Assembly (NCBI GenBank): GCA_900539035.1
Contig: UQAU01000002.1
Coordinates: forward strand, 20,771-84,770
Source of the DNA: an uncultured Collinsella sp.
Lineage (GTDB): Bacteria > Actinomycetota > Coriobacteriia > Coriobacteriales > Coriobacteriaceae
Reading direction: 5' to 3'
DNA: 64,000 bases
Below, in pieces: positions 1-12,853 of the stretch. Below the pieces are notes generated by a model. That model was not told where the DNA came from, made no database searches, and worked only from the letters and a program-made list of their open reading frames with translations. Each line of letters begins with the position of its first letter. The first letter of the stretch is position 1. The position numbers and the translations under genes are program-made.

Positions 1-78
1 ATTGATTTTGAGGGCAAGACCCTGCGTCACGACATCGGCCTGCGCGCGCTGCGCGGCCGCGACGCCTGGGATGCCTAA
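1..78 (+). CDS. 3' end of an upstream gene, partial (...IDFEGKTLRHDIGLRALRGRDAWDA*); product unknown
   Basis: Open frame from the window edge to TAA at 76-78. The next gene follows closely. Confidence 0.3.
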   Translation: MDFEGKTLRHDIGLRALRGRDAWDA

Positions 79-90
79 AATCCGAGAGGA

Positions 91-795
91 ATGAGACGGA
101 TGGACGAGAAGAACGAAGAGCTCGTGGACGCGCAGATCGTCGAAGAGGACAGCCGCATGTATGGGCACGCCGAGGGCGAGCCTGGTGGCGAGGTCGCTGA
201 CGAGCCGGCACTGGTGCTGGGCGACGACGACCCGCACGATGCCGAGCTGCACGAGAAGATTCTTTCGGAGGAGTGCGCCTGGAAGGGCAAGATCCTTGAC
301 GTCCACCGTCTTGAGGTTGAGCTGCCCAACGGTCACCGCAGCGCCCGCGATATCGTTCGCCATCCGGGTGCGGCGGCCGTTGTGGCACTGACCGAGAGCG
401 GCAAGATCGTGCTGGTGCGTCAGTACCGCACCGCCATCGACCGCGTGACGGTCGAGATTCCCGCCGGCAAGCTCGATCCAGGCGAGGACCCGCTCGATTG
501 CGCCAAACGCGAACTGCATGAGGAGACGGGCTTTAGGGCCGGTCGTATTCGCTTTTTGACGTCGATTGTCACGTCCTGCGGTTTTTGCGATGAGATCATC
601 CACATCTACTTGGCTACCAAGCTCGAGTTTGATGCGCCCAACCCCGATGATGACGAGTTTGTCAACGTGGACCTGGTGCCGCTGCACGAGCTGATCGACG
701 CCGTACTCGACGGCAAGATCGAAGACGCCAAGACCGTCGTAGGCGCGCTTGCCTGCGACAGCATCGCGCACCGACTAGGCGGGGCCGAGCTTTAA
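91..795 (+). CDS. NUDIX hydrolase (ADP-ribose pyrophosphatase-like)
   Basis: Nudix box GKLDPGEDPLDCAKRELHEETGF in the translation. Acidic N-terminal extension. Confidence 0.8.
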   Translation: MRRMDEKNEELVDAQIVEEDSRMYGHAEGEPGGEVADEPALVLGDDDPHDAELHEKILSEECAWKGKILDVHRLEVELPNGHRSARDIVRHPGAAAVVALTESGKIVLVRQYRTAIDRVTVEIPAGKLDPGEDPLDCAKRELHEETGFRAGRIRFLTSIVTSCGFCDEIIHIYLATKLEFDAPNPDDDEFVNVDLVPLHELIDAVLDGKIEDAKTVVGALACDSIAHRLGGAEL

Positions 796-979
796 CGAGC
801 GGGGATGATCCCGCAGGTTTGTGTAAGTCAGCGAAAGTGCTCCATTTGAGACAAGGTGGCCTAAAAGAGGAGGGAAGCGTATGGATATACGCGACCGACG
901 ATTGAAGGCCAGATTGTCCAAATGGAGCACTTGCAGCGTCGAGACGAAACGCGGTTTGGTAAAACCGCGTAAGGTGACT

Positions 980-2752
980 ATGTTTAAGAGGTTTCTTTCG
1001 TATTACAAGCCCCAGATGGGGCTTTTTGTTGCTGATACTGTTTGTGCTCTGGTGCTTGCCGCCATTGACCTGGCGTTCCCCATTATCCTGCGCAATTTGA
1101 CCGGCGGGCTATTTACTCAGGGTCAGGCTGCCATTATGCAGGCGCTCGGCATGATCGCGGTGGGCTTGGTGTTGATGTATGCCGTCCGCTGCGCCTGCCG
1201 CTACTTTGTGAGCTATTGGGGTCACGTGATGGGCGCGCGCATGGAGTCCAAGATGCGCGAGGACCTGTTCGACCAGTATGAGCGCTTTAGCTTTGCGTAC
1301 TTCGACCGCAACAGCTCGGGCGACATGATGAGCCGCGTGGTCAACGACCTGTTCGATATCTGCGAGGCGGCGCACCACGTGCCCGAGTGGATCATCATCT
1401 GCGGCATCGAGATTATCGGCTCGTTTGTGATCCTCTTTACCATCGCCCCGGTGCTGGCGCTTGCCATGGCTGTGGTGACGGCAGCGTTTGCAGTCATCAT
1501 GTTTTGGCAGAACATGCGCATGCGCGAGGTCTTTAGCGACAACCGCAAAAAAATTAGCGGCATCAATGCGCAGCTGCAGGATTCGCTGGCGGGCATGCGT
1601 GTGGTCAAGAGCTTTGCCAATGAGGAGACCGAACGCTTCAAGTTCCGCGCCTCAAACAATCGCTACCTTTCGTCCAAGGAGAACATGTATCACGCCATGG
1701 GCGTCTATACCGCGACGTATGGCCTGCTCTCGGGTGTGCTCTATGTGATCGTGGTGCTGCTGGGCGGCTGGCTGGTCGCCCAGGGACAGCTGCAGGCGGT
1801 CGATATGGCAACCTTCGCGCTCTACATTTCGCTGTTCTGCACGCCGCTTGAGACACTCGTCAATTCGGCCGAAACGTATCAGAAGGCTATCGCCGGCTTT
1901 AAGCGTATGGACGAGGTGCTCTCGACCGCGCCGGATATCCAGGACAAGCCGGGCGCTACGGATCTGCAGGTGACTGCCGGCGCCGTGGAGTATCACGACG
2001 TGTGCTTTAACTACGAGGATGTCGAGCTGGGCGAGGGCTATGCCGACGAGCGTCCCGTTATCGACCATATGGACCTGTCCATCAAGCCCGGGCAGACCAT
2101 CGCTTTGGTTGGCCCTTCGGGCGGCGGCAAGTCCACGACCTGTTCGCTGCTGCCGCGCTTTTATGACGTGGCTACCGGATCCATTAGCATCGACGGTCAG
2201 GACGTGCGCGATGTGACGCAGCAGAGCCTGCGCCGCGCCATCGGCCTGGTGCAGCAGGATGTCTATCTATTTGACGGTACGATTGGCGAGAACATCGCCT
2301 ACGGCAAGCCGGGCGCTACGGCAGAAGAGATCGCCGAGGCCGCCCGTCGCGCCAACATCGATGCCTTTATCGAGTCGCTTCCGCAGGGCTACGACACCGT
2401 GGTGGGCGAGCGCGGCAGCCGTCTTTCGGGCGGACAGAAGCAGCGCGTTGCCATCGCGCGCGTGTTTCTCAAGAATCCCAAAATCTTGATTTTGGACGAG
2501 GCGACGAGTGCTTTGGATAACGAGAGCGAGGAGGCGGTGCAGGCGTCGCTCGAAGAGCTGGCACGCGGCCGCACCACGATTATCATCGCCCATCGCCTTT
2601 CTACCATTAAGCATGCCGATGAGATTGCGACCGTTGAGCATGGTCGCGTTGTGGAGCGTGGCACGCACGAGGAGCTTCTCGCCCGTGGCGGCACCTATGC
2701 CCGTTACTATCGAATGCAGTTCGAAGGTGCGCGTGCGCACGAGCTCGACTGA
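980..2752 (+). CDS. ABC exporter, fused permease/ATP-binding protein (MsbA/lipid-multidrug exporter type)
   Basis: Six-TM N-terminal domain, then Walker A GPSGGGKST, signature LSGGQKQR and Walker B ILILDEATSALD. Start moved to the ATG at 980 (MFKRFLSYYKPQMGLF). The ORF-track start at 881 adds a non-protein-like extension. Confidence 0.85.
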   Translation: MFKRFLSYYKPQMGLFVADTVCALVLAAIDLAFPIILRNLTGGLFTQGQAAIMQALGMIAVGLVLMYAVRCACRYFVSYWGHVMGARMESKMREDLFDQYERFSFAYFDRNSSGDMMSRVVNDLFDICEAAHHVPEWIIICGIEIIGSFVILFTIAPVLALAMAVVTAAFAVIMFWQNMRMREVFSDNRKKISGINAQLQDSLAGMRVVKSFANEETERFKFRASNNRYLSSKENMYHAMGVYTATYGLLSGVLYVIVVLLGGWLVAQGQLQAVDMATFALYISLFCTPLETLVNSAETYQKAIAGFKRMDEVLSTAPDIQDKPGATDLQVTAGAVEYHDVCFNYEDVELGEGYADERPVIDHMDLSIKPGQTIALVGPSGGGKSTTCSLLPRFYDVATGSISIDGQDVRDVTQQSLRRAIGLVQQDVYLFDGTIGENIAYGKPGATAEEIAEAARRANIDAFIESLPQGYDTVVGERGSRLSGGQKQRVAIARVFLKNPKILILDEATSALDNESEEAVQASLEELARGRTTIIIAHRLSTIKHADEIATVEHGRVVERGTHEELLARGGTYARYYRMQFEGARAHELD

Positions 2753-2771
2753 TTGATATGACAGGAAGTTT

Positions 2772-3737
2772 ATGGCTGACAAGAACCCTTTGACTCCGGA
2801 AGAAGTGACGGAGTTATTCTCCGAAATCGATGCATCCGGTGTCTTGGATCCCACGCTTGCCAAAAAGCGAACCGAGCGTATGCGTGAGAAGGAGGCTGCG
2901 GCCAAGCGCGGTGACAAAGCTGCGCTAGCGCAGCTGCGCAGCGAGGACCGCGCGAGCCAGGCAAAACATATCGACCCGCTGTCCGAGGACGATCCTTCGG
3001 GTTCGCAGGTGAGCCATACCATTACGAAGACCGCGATGGCCGTGGTCATTGGTATTTTGGTGCTGATCGTGGGCATGCAGATTGGCTACGGCGTGATGCG
3101 TCGTCTGAACACCGCCAACTTGTCCGAGAGCGTTTCGGTCGATACCGTTTCGACGGCGCTGAAGGGCGGCCTTGAGTGGGGCAACGGCTTTACGCAGTTC
3201 CCGCTCGACTTTACCGTCGATGAAGCCGATGAGCGTACGGGCACGGTCGAGGTGACGGTGTTGGACACATCGTCTGCCAACGAGCTCGAGCTGCTGTCCA
3301 ACGGGCAGATCCAGGCCGCGGCGCTTGCGACCAACGCGCTGCTCAACGATAAGATCGACCGCGTGGTGTATAACGTTCACGCTTATATCGACGAGAATAG
3401 CAACATTCAGCACGATTCCTTCTTTGGCATGTTTCCCGCCCAGGGCCACCAGAGCGCCATCCTGACGTTCGTGTGGACCAAGAGCTCATCCAACGCCACG
3501 AATATCGACTGGAAGATGCGCATCGTGAGTATGGATGACACCATCGCCGAGCGCATTCAGAAGCAGGTGAACTCGGTGTCGTCGTTGATTGAGGACCCGG
3601 TGGTGAGCCAGACCAAGATTGACGAGGAAAAGGCCGAACGTGACCTGGAGCATCGTCTGCATGGCCGCGAGATTTTCCGCGGCGGCAAGCCCGACCGAAC
3701 GCCGTCCGATCTGCTGGAACAGGACAAGAAAAAGTAA
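2772..3737 (+). CDS. Hypothetical membrane-anchored protein (single TM after a charged N-terminus)
   Basis: 321-aa ORF with a hydrophobic segment AMAVVIGILVLIVGMQIGYGV and protein-like composition. No family recognised. Confidence 0.5.
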   Translation: MADKNPLTPEEVTELFSEIDASGVLDPTLAKKRTERMREKEAAAKRGDKAALAQLRSEDRASQAKHIDPLSEDDPSGSQVSHTITKTAMAVVIGILVLIVGMQIGYGVMRRLNTANLSESVSVDTVSTALKGGLEWGNGFTQFPLDFTVDEADERTGTVEVTVLDTSSANELELLSNGQIQAAALATNALLNDKIDRVVYNVHAYIDENSNIQHDSFFGMFPAQGHQSAILTFVWTKSSSNATNIDWKMRIVSMDDTIAERIQKQVNSVSSLIEDPVVSQTKIDEEKAERDLEHRLHGREIFRGGKPDRTPSDLLEQDKKK

Positions 3738-3944
3738 GACGTCGTCATCCCGCGTGAGCCACAAGCCCCGCGGGATGATTTTTCCGGGACGGGGATTAAA
3801 AAATCATTATGCATAGAAAGTCATAATTATCATTTCGTAAACATTTTGATGAAATTAACGCCATGAGGCATGCTTGCGGTTACAATACCGCGAGGCCTAA
3901 CTACACACCTTTAAGCCGGTCCTGTGAGACCGGGAAGGAGAACT

Positions 3945-5384
3945 ATGGCGAACAACCATACCGCGGGCGCTGCCGCCCGCACCTTCGCGCCCAGCGAGCT
4001 TTGCCAGCGTATGCTGGCCAAAACCAGCAAGGGCACCTGCGGTCCCTGCATCCTGTATCTTGAGGATGGGACCATTTTTTATGGACGCGCATGCGGCGCC
4101 GAGGGCACCGCGACCGGCGAAGTCTGCTTCAACACCTCGCTCGAGGGCTACTTTGAGGTCATGACCGACCCGAGTTATGCCGGCCAAATCGTAACCATGA
4201 CCTATCCGCAGATCGGCAACTACGGTATCGACGAGACCGACGTCCAGTCGGCCTTCCCCGGCGACGCCGTGCGCCCTGCGAGCGCTCCGGCCATGCGCGG
4301 CATGATCGTTCGCGACATGTGCGCCACGCCTTCTAACTGGCGCTCGGCCGTCAGCGTGCCGGAGTACCTGCGCGCTCACGGCATCGTCGCTATCGAGGGT
4401 GTCGACACCCGCGCTCTGGTGCGCCATCTGCGCGACAATGGTTCCAAGATGGGCATTATCTCTACTGAGGTCTTCGACGTCGACGAGCTTGCCGAGCGTC
4501 TGGCCGCGGCGCCCACGCTGGTAGGCGAGAACCTGGTCAAGACCGTGAGTTGCCCCGCGCCTCACGAGTTTGTGACCGCCGACCTGCCTGCCACGCATGA
4601 CTTTGCGCTTTCGGCTGCCGCTCCTGCCCGTCACAAAGTGGTCGCCTACGACTGCGGTGTGAAGCGCGGCATTCTGGAGGGCCTCGTCCGCGCCGGCTGC
4701 GACCTTACTGCCGTGCCGTGGGATACGCCCGCCCAGCAGGTACTCGACATGAATCCCGACGGCGTCTTTTTGTCCAATGGCCCCGGCGACCCCGATGCCG
4801 TGGTGGAGACCTACGAGCAGGTGCAGCAGCTGATCGGCAAGGTGCCGGTCTTTGGTATTTGTCTTGGTCACCAGATGATCAGCCTGGCCTGCGGCGCCCA
4901 GATGGAAAAGCTTAAGTTCGGTCACCGCGGTGGCAACCAGCCGGTCATGAACCTGGTAAGCCGTCGCGTGGAGATCACCGCGCAAAACCATGGCTTTGGC
5001 CTGCTGTTCCCCAGCTTGGGCAAGCTTGTCCCCGAGCTTTCCGGCGGCGAGACCGAGCATGCGGCCGATGGAGATCTGCGCGTCTGGGTGCGCCGCGGAA
5101 TCGCGCCGGTCGTGATGAACGAGCGCTTTGGTCGCATTCGCCTGACACATGTGAACCTCAACGACGGCACCGCCGAGGGCATCCAGCTGCTCGACGCCCC
5201 GTGCTTCTCGGTCCAGTACCACCCCGAGGCCTCGCCTGGCCCCACCGATGCCCACTATCTCTTTACCGCCTTTACGCGACTCATGGACGGCGAGGAGAGC
5301 TACCTGGACATCGACACCGCGAAGGACCGCCTGGCTGGCTGGAATTTCGCCGAGACCGCCGCGACCGAGACCGAGGAGAACTAA
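3945..5384 (+). CDS. carA: Carbamoyl-phosphate synthase small (glutaminase) subunit
   Basis: Class-I glutamine amidotransferase catalytic motif GICLGHQ and a CPSase small-chain N-domain. Start at MANNHT is preceded by GGAAGGAG. Confidence 0.9.
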   Translation: MANNHTAGAAARTFAPSELCQRMLAKTSKGTCGPCILYLEDGTIFYGRACGAEGTATGEVCFNTSLEGYFEVMTDPSYAGQIVTMTYPQIGNYGIDETDVQSAFPGDAVRPASAPAMRGMIVRDMCATPSNWRSAVSVPEYLRAHGIVAIEGVDTRALVRHLRDNGSKMGIISTEVFDVDELAERLAAAPTLVGENLVKTVSCPAPHEFVTADLPATHDFALSAAAPARHKVVAYDCGVKRGILEGLVRAGCDLTAVPWDTPAQQVLDMNPDGVFLSNGPGDPDAVVETYEQVQQLIGKVPVFGICLGHQMISLACGAQMEKLKFGHRGGNQPVMNLVSRRVEITAQNHGFGLLFPSLGKLVPELSGGETEHAADGDLRVWVRRGIAPVVMNERFGRIRLTHVNLNDGTAEGIQLLDAPCFSVQYHPEASPGPTDAHYLFTAFTRLMDGEESYLDIDTAKDRLAGWNFAETAATETEEN

Positions 5385-5385
5385 C

Positions 5386-8700
<3,315 letters not shown>

Positions 8701-8707
8701 TTGACCT

Positions 8708-8905
8708 GGCCGGCCGGGGCGGCAGCCGGACACTTTCTCTCGGAAACTGGGCTTCGCGAAGTTTTCCGAGAGAAAGGACCGCCTCCCGCCCCGGCCTGCG
8801 GTGACTTGGCTGCACCGTGTGCTGCGGAAGGGGCTTGGCGCGATGACTAGGGCTGAATAAAAAGTGAGTGTGGGATCCGCCGTTCGTTCGAACGGCGGAT
8901 CCCAC
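8708..8905. terminator. Two stem-loops after carB: inverted repeat CTTTCTCTCGGAAA...TTTCCGAGAGAAAG (about 8735-8775) and perfect palindrome GTGGGATCCGCCGTTCG/CGAACGGCGGATCCCAC (8870-8905)
   Basis: Inverted repeats read directly from the sequence. They sit in the carB-purE intergenic region. Confidence 0.4.
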
Positions 8906-8935
8906 GTTAATATTTCAGCCAACGTACGTCATAGC

Positions 8936-9235
8936 AATTCCCGGTAGGTCGCAGGGTGCTTAGCGGGGGGGGGCCCGGGGTTTTGGTAAGGCATTTGGGG
9001 GGGCACGGGGGGGTGTTTATAGAGGGGCCCCCCCCCCGCGCCCCCCAACAAACCCGCGGGGGCGGGGGCGGATAAACACTCTGGTCTTTTTGGGGGGGGG
9101 GGCGGGGGGGGGCCGGCCCCCCCGCCACCCCCCCCCCCCGCCCCCCCCCCCCCCACACCACACCCCCCCCCCCCCCCCCCCCCCCCCCCACCACAAAGAC
9201 CGCAGGGACGGGAGCAGCTATACTACTCTCAGTAG
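8936..9235. repeat. Block of long G and C homopolymer runs (G8-G11 runs, then C runs exceeding 30 nt)
   Basis: Direct reading of 8941-9200. The ORF-track 'proteins' here are poly-Gly/Pro nonsense. Confidence 0.6.
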
Positions 9236-9287
9236 TTAAGGGTCGCGGATCCGCCGCGTCGCCGCTCTCAACAGGAGGTCTTTGTTT

Positions 9288-9752
9288 ATGGCAGATCAAA
9301 AGCCGGTCGTCGGGATCATCATGGGCTCCAAGTCCGATCTGGGCGTTATGGAAGGTTGCACCGCCGAGCTCGAGGCACTGGGCGTGCCCTATGAGCTTGT
9401 CATTGCGAGCGCACACCGCACGCCGGCGAAGGTCCACGAGTGGGCTTCGACTGCTGCCGACCGCGGCATCAAGGTGATTATTGCTGCTGCCGGCAAGGCT
9501 GCTCACCTGGGCGGTGTCGTGGCTGCGTTTACGCCGCTGCCGGTCATCGGCGTGCCTATGAAGACGAGTGACCTGGGTGGTATGGACTCGCTGCTGTCGA
9601 TGGTGCAGATGCCTTCGGGTGTGCCCGTGGCCTGCGTTGCCATCAACGGTGCCAAGAACGCCGCCATTTACGCCACGCAGATTCTGGGTGCATGCGACCC
9701 CGAGTACCGCAAGGTTATCGAGAAGATGAAGCAGGAGATGGCCGACGCCTAG
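9288..9752 (+). CDS. purE: N5-carboxyaminoimidazole ribonucleotide mutase
   Basis: MADQKPVVGIIMGSKSDLGVMEGCTAELEALGVPYELVIASAHRTP. AGGAGG lies 9 nt upstream of the ATG at 9288. Confidence 0.9.
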   Translation: MADQKPVVGIIMGSKSDLGVMEGCTAELEALGVPYELVIASAHRTPAKVHEWASTAADRGIKVIIAAAGKAAHLGGVVAAFTPLPVIGVPMKTSDLGGMDSLLSMVQMPSGVPVACVAINGAKNAAIYATQILGACDPEYRKVIEKMKQEMADA

Positions 9753-9787
9753 GCGTTCTGCCGTTTCACCGCAGTATAAGGAGAGCC

Positions 9788-10786
9788 ATGTCCGACTATC
9801 AGGGAAAACGATTCAAGGCTTCTCAGATTCCCGATCCGTCGAAGCCGGGTGCTGCCCATGCGGCACAGCAGGGTCGGACATCCTCTCCTCAGCAGCCGCG
9901 CGCGCCGCGTTCCGTAACGCCGACGTCCCATCGCCGCCAGGATACGCCGGCTGCGTATCGACCTTCATCTTATAGCACCGCTAAGAAGCCGCCCCGGTCT
10001 TCATCGCATGCCACGCCGTCGGATTACACCAAGCCGCCGCGTAAAAAGCGCCGCTCCATCATTCCTATTCTGCTCATCATCGTGGGCATCGGTCTGATTG
10101 TTGCCGCCGCTGCCATCTTTATCAATGCGCAGATTGGCTATAAGCAGGCAAACGATTCGTATCAGAAAATCGAGAAGCAATATATAAGCGATAAGGACGC
10201 CAGCGGCGTGCCGATTATCGACTTTGATGCACTTGCTCAGACGAACCCCGAGATTGTGGGTTGGATTTACGCGCCGGGAACCAACATCAACTATCCCGTG
10301 GTACAGACCAACAACAACTCCAAATACCTCAACACGCTGTTTGACGGTACGGCTAACGCGTCCGGCGCCATTTTCTTGGATAGTGATGACACCGCGCCGG
10401 GAATGGTTGACCAGCAGACCACGATCTACGGACACCATATGAACGATGGGTCGATGTTCAACGTGATTTCGGACACCACTGATCAGGCGACGTTCGATAG
10501 CATTGAATATGTGTACTACATCACGCGTGATGCGACGTATAAGCTGCGACCGCTGGCGACCAAGGTGGTCGAGGACACGTATGCCAAGGCGCGCACGCCC
10601 AATTTTGAGGGCGATGACGGGCTCAAGAACTACCTGTCCGAGATGCTCGACGGTGCTTCGGCAGCGGCGAGTGATGCAGGCGACCGCGCTGCTTCGGCAA
10701 CCAAGGTCGTGACGCTTGTGACCTGTCGTTCGTTATCGCTGAGCAACACGCGTGCCGTCATGGTGCTCACGCCGGTCGAGGAATAG
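9788..10786 (+). CDS. Sortase family transpeptidase with a Pro/Ser-rich N-terminal tail and a TM anchor
   Basis: TM segment IIPILLIIVGIGLIVAAAAIFI, conserved His (IYGHHM) and catalytic TLVTC motif. Start at MSDYQ follows AAGGAGAG. The ORF-track N-terminus overlaps purE and was discarded. Confidence 0.7.
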   Translation: MSDYQGKRFKASQIPDPSKPGAAHAAQQGRTSSPQQPRAPRSVTPTSHRRQDTPAAYRPSSYSTAKKPPRSSSHATPSDYTKPPRKKRRSIIPILLIIVGIGLIVAAAAIFINAQIGYKQANDSYQKIEKQYISDKDASGVPIIDFDALAQTNPEIVGWIYAPGTNINYPVVQTNNNSKYLNTLFDGTANASGAIFLDSDDTAPGMVDQQTTIYGHHMNDGSMFNVISDTTDQATFDSIEYVYYITRDATYKLRPLATKVVEDTYAKARTPNFEGDDGLKNYLSEMLDGASAAASDAGDRAASATKVVTLVTCRSLSLSNTRAVMVLTPVEE

Positions 10787-10789
10787 ATA

Positions 10790-11239
10790 ATGGGCTACTC
10801 AATGACGGTGAAAGGGGAAATGATGCTCGAGAATGGCAAAACGATGCCTTCGGTTGATGCTTGGCTGCGCGAGGCCAAGGCCGATGTTTCGGCGGCAGGC
10901 TGTGGGATGTATCTGACGCATAACGGTGTGGTGCGCGCGACACCCAAGTCCGAGGTCCGCGGGATCAAAACCGATGGCGTAGCTCCCGGGCGCAGGGTGG
11001 GCGGCATGGTGTTCGGCTTCGATGCTCAGAAAGTGCAGGCTGCTATCGAGGCCACGCGCGCGATGCCGGGTATCGGCTATGTGCGCGTGTGGCTGGCAAG
11101 CGGCGAGCTTGCCGTAGGTGACGACATCATGCTCGTGCTCATTGGCGGGGACATTCGCCCGCATGTGGTCGATGCGCTGCAGGCGCTCGTTGGCACTATC
11201 AAGAACGAATGCGTGAGTGAGGTCGAGCGCGAGGCGTAG
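10790..11239 (+). CDS. MoaE-like protein (molybdopterin synthase catalytic subunit family), orphan
   Basis: Pattern matches MoaE, G..V...GELAVGDDIMLVLIGGDIR......IKNE, versus MoaE GeL.pGDeiv.V.v.s.HR...PfWKkE. No other Moco genes are nearby. Confidence 0.45.
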   Translation: MGYSMTVKGEMMLENGKTMPSVDAWLREAKADVSAAGCGMYLTHNGVVRATPKSEVRGIKTDGVAPGRRVGGMVFGFDAQKVQAAIEATRAMPGIGYVRVWLASGELAVGDDIMLVLIGGDIRPHVVDALQALVGTIKNECVSEVEREA

Positions 11240-11273
11240 AGGCTTGCGTCGATAGAAGGCTCATTTATAAAAA

Positions 11274-11308
11274 TGCCCGCCGGTACGTGTGATACCGGCG
11301 GGTATTTT
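11274..11308. terminator. Bidirectional rho-independent terminator (GCCCGCCGGTACGTGTGATACCGGCGGGTATTTT)
   Basis: GC-rich hairpin plus T-run between two convergent genes. Confidence 0.5.
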
Positions 11309-11329
11309 GCGTTTTGGGCGCGGTGGACG

Positions 11330-12559
11330 CTACACGCGCGTCGCATCCTTGGGACTCATGGTCATGCTCTGGAAGCGATTCTCCATAAAGTCATTATCGA
11401 AGTACTTGCCGTAGAACTGCGCAACGGGAATATCCGGTTCCGTGCCGTTGACGCGCTGGTACCAGTAGTCGAGCGACTGCAGCGTCATGACGCCGTCGAC
11501 CAGCATAATGATAGTGAAGATGACGGTAGCGGAGTAGCGGCTCTTCCACGGAATCATGTTGATGAGCTTGAGCAGTCTCGGCAGCAGCAGCTTGATCCAG
11601 ATGAGGCCACCCAGGCCCCACAGGCAGGCGAAGCCCGTGCAGGTGCGTCCGCCCGTGAGGACCACGAGCGGGTCGGGCATACCGAACAGCGTTATGTGCG
11701 AGTAGCTCCACGAGACCACGCCAAACGCGGTCTGCATAAACCAGCCCACGAACACCTCAAAGCTTGCACCGAGCAGCGCACTCACCAAAAAGATAATGAT
11801 GGGGTTCTTTTTATAGAAGCGGTTGAGCACCATGGTCATGAGCACGGCACCAAAGCCGTAGATGGGGCTGAAGGGGCCAAACAGCATACCGGCGCGGTCC
11901 TGGTAGACACCCGGATCGTTGACGGTCATATGCCAGATATCCTCCAGGACCAGGCCGAGCACGCAGCAGACAAAGAATACCCAGAACAGGTTGAAGTAGT
12001 TGAGCTTGATGTAGCCCTCGCCGGTTTCATCGCGCCCGAGCATGCCCTCGGCGGCGGCGTCGCGGTCGAGCATCTCCTGCAGGCGGCGCTGCAGCTCGCG
12101 CTCCTGGCGCAGTGTGGGGTCGACGGTGGCCGAAAGCGCGACGAGGATGCCGAGCTGGATGGCAGGGCGCAGCAAGAAGGGCCCGATGCCCTGGAGCATC
12201 ACGTCAACCAAAAGCTCGACGACGGTAAACGCGATAAGGATATAGGACAGACGGGCGGCATTGCGGCGCTGGTTTTTGATAAGGTCCAGGCCAAAGATGA
12301 TCAGGATGACGGCGCTTGCCGCAGAGAGCATGATGCCGGCGACGATAAGGCCGACCGCGACGAGCGTGTTGTCGCCGAGCTTGGCGGCGGCGTTGCCGTT
12401 GATGAGCGCGGTGATGACCTGCCACATAAAGGCGCCGACCGAAGGGAGCGTGCCCACGCCGGACAGGATGCATAGGACGGCGTACACCTTAATGATGAGG
12501 GGGATCTTCTTGACCTCCGTGGCGCTGGGGACGCTGGGGTCGAGTTCGTTTCGATCCAT
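11330..12559 (-). CDS. Polytopic integral membrane protein, two-domain (possibly DUF1113 / putative type-IV ABC-transporter-like family)
   Basis: About 10 predicted TM helices. Start at MDRNELD is preceded by a short leader. The upstream 59 codons of the ORF-track model are not protein-like. Confidence 0.5.
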   Translation of the reverse strand: MDRNELDPSVPSATEVKKIPLIIKVYAVLCILSGVGTLPSVGAFMWQVITALINGNAAAKLGDNTLVAVGLIVAGIMLSAASAVILIIFGLDLIKNQRRNAARLSYILIAFTVVELLVDVMLQGIGPFLLRPAIQLGILVALSATVDPTLRQERELQRRLQEMLDRDAAAEGMLGRDETGEGYIKLNYFNLFWVFFVCCVLGLVLEDIWHMTVNDPGVYQDRAGMLFGPFSPIYGFGAVLMTMVLNRFYKKNPIIIFLVSALLGASFEVFVGWFMQTAFGVVSWSYSHITLFGMPDPLVVLTGGRTCTGFACLWGLGGLIWIKLLLPRLLKLINMIPWKSRYSATVIFTIIMLVDGVMTLQSLDYWYQRVNGTEPDIPVAQFYGKYFDNDFMENRFQSMTMSPKDATRV

Positions 12560-12853
12560 ACATAACCTTTCTCGTTTTGCTTTAGGTACAAGGATACGCC
12601 GCCGACCTGCCAAAAGACAGGACGAACGTCCCAATTGCAACAATGCAAGCCCCAACGGCGGGCGAGACGCGTCGCAACGGAAGTATGCGGGATCGTCGGC
12701 CCCGAGGCGGTTGCCCAATAAAATGTTTGGCTGCAAAACGGATTATAAGCTCGGTGGGCTTTTAAAAAGCGCTGTTCATGCGCGGGAGTGCTTGTCTTGC
12801 CGTGCGTATAATAGGGCAGGTAACGCCAAATAACGAGGCTCTGAGGGGATGCC

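Noticed and set aside
8907-9506. 199-aa ORF rich in poly-Gly and poly-Pro
   Set aside because: It is purely a translation of the G/C homopolymer block and overlaps purE on the other strand.
9692-9787. Long N-terminal extension of the sortase ORF overlapping purE
   Set aside because: It overlaps the purE coding region in another frame. A good RBS precedes the ATG at 9788.
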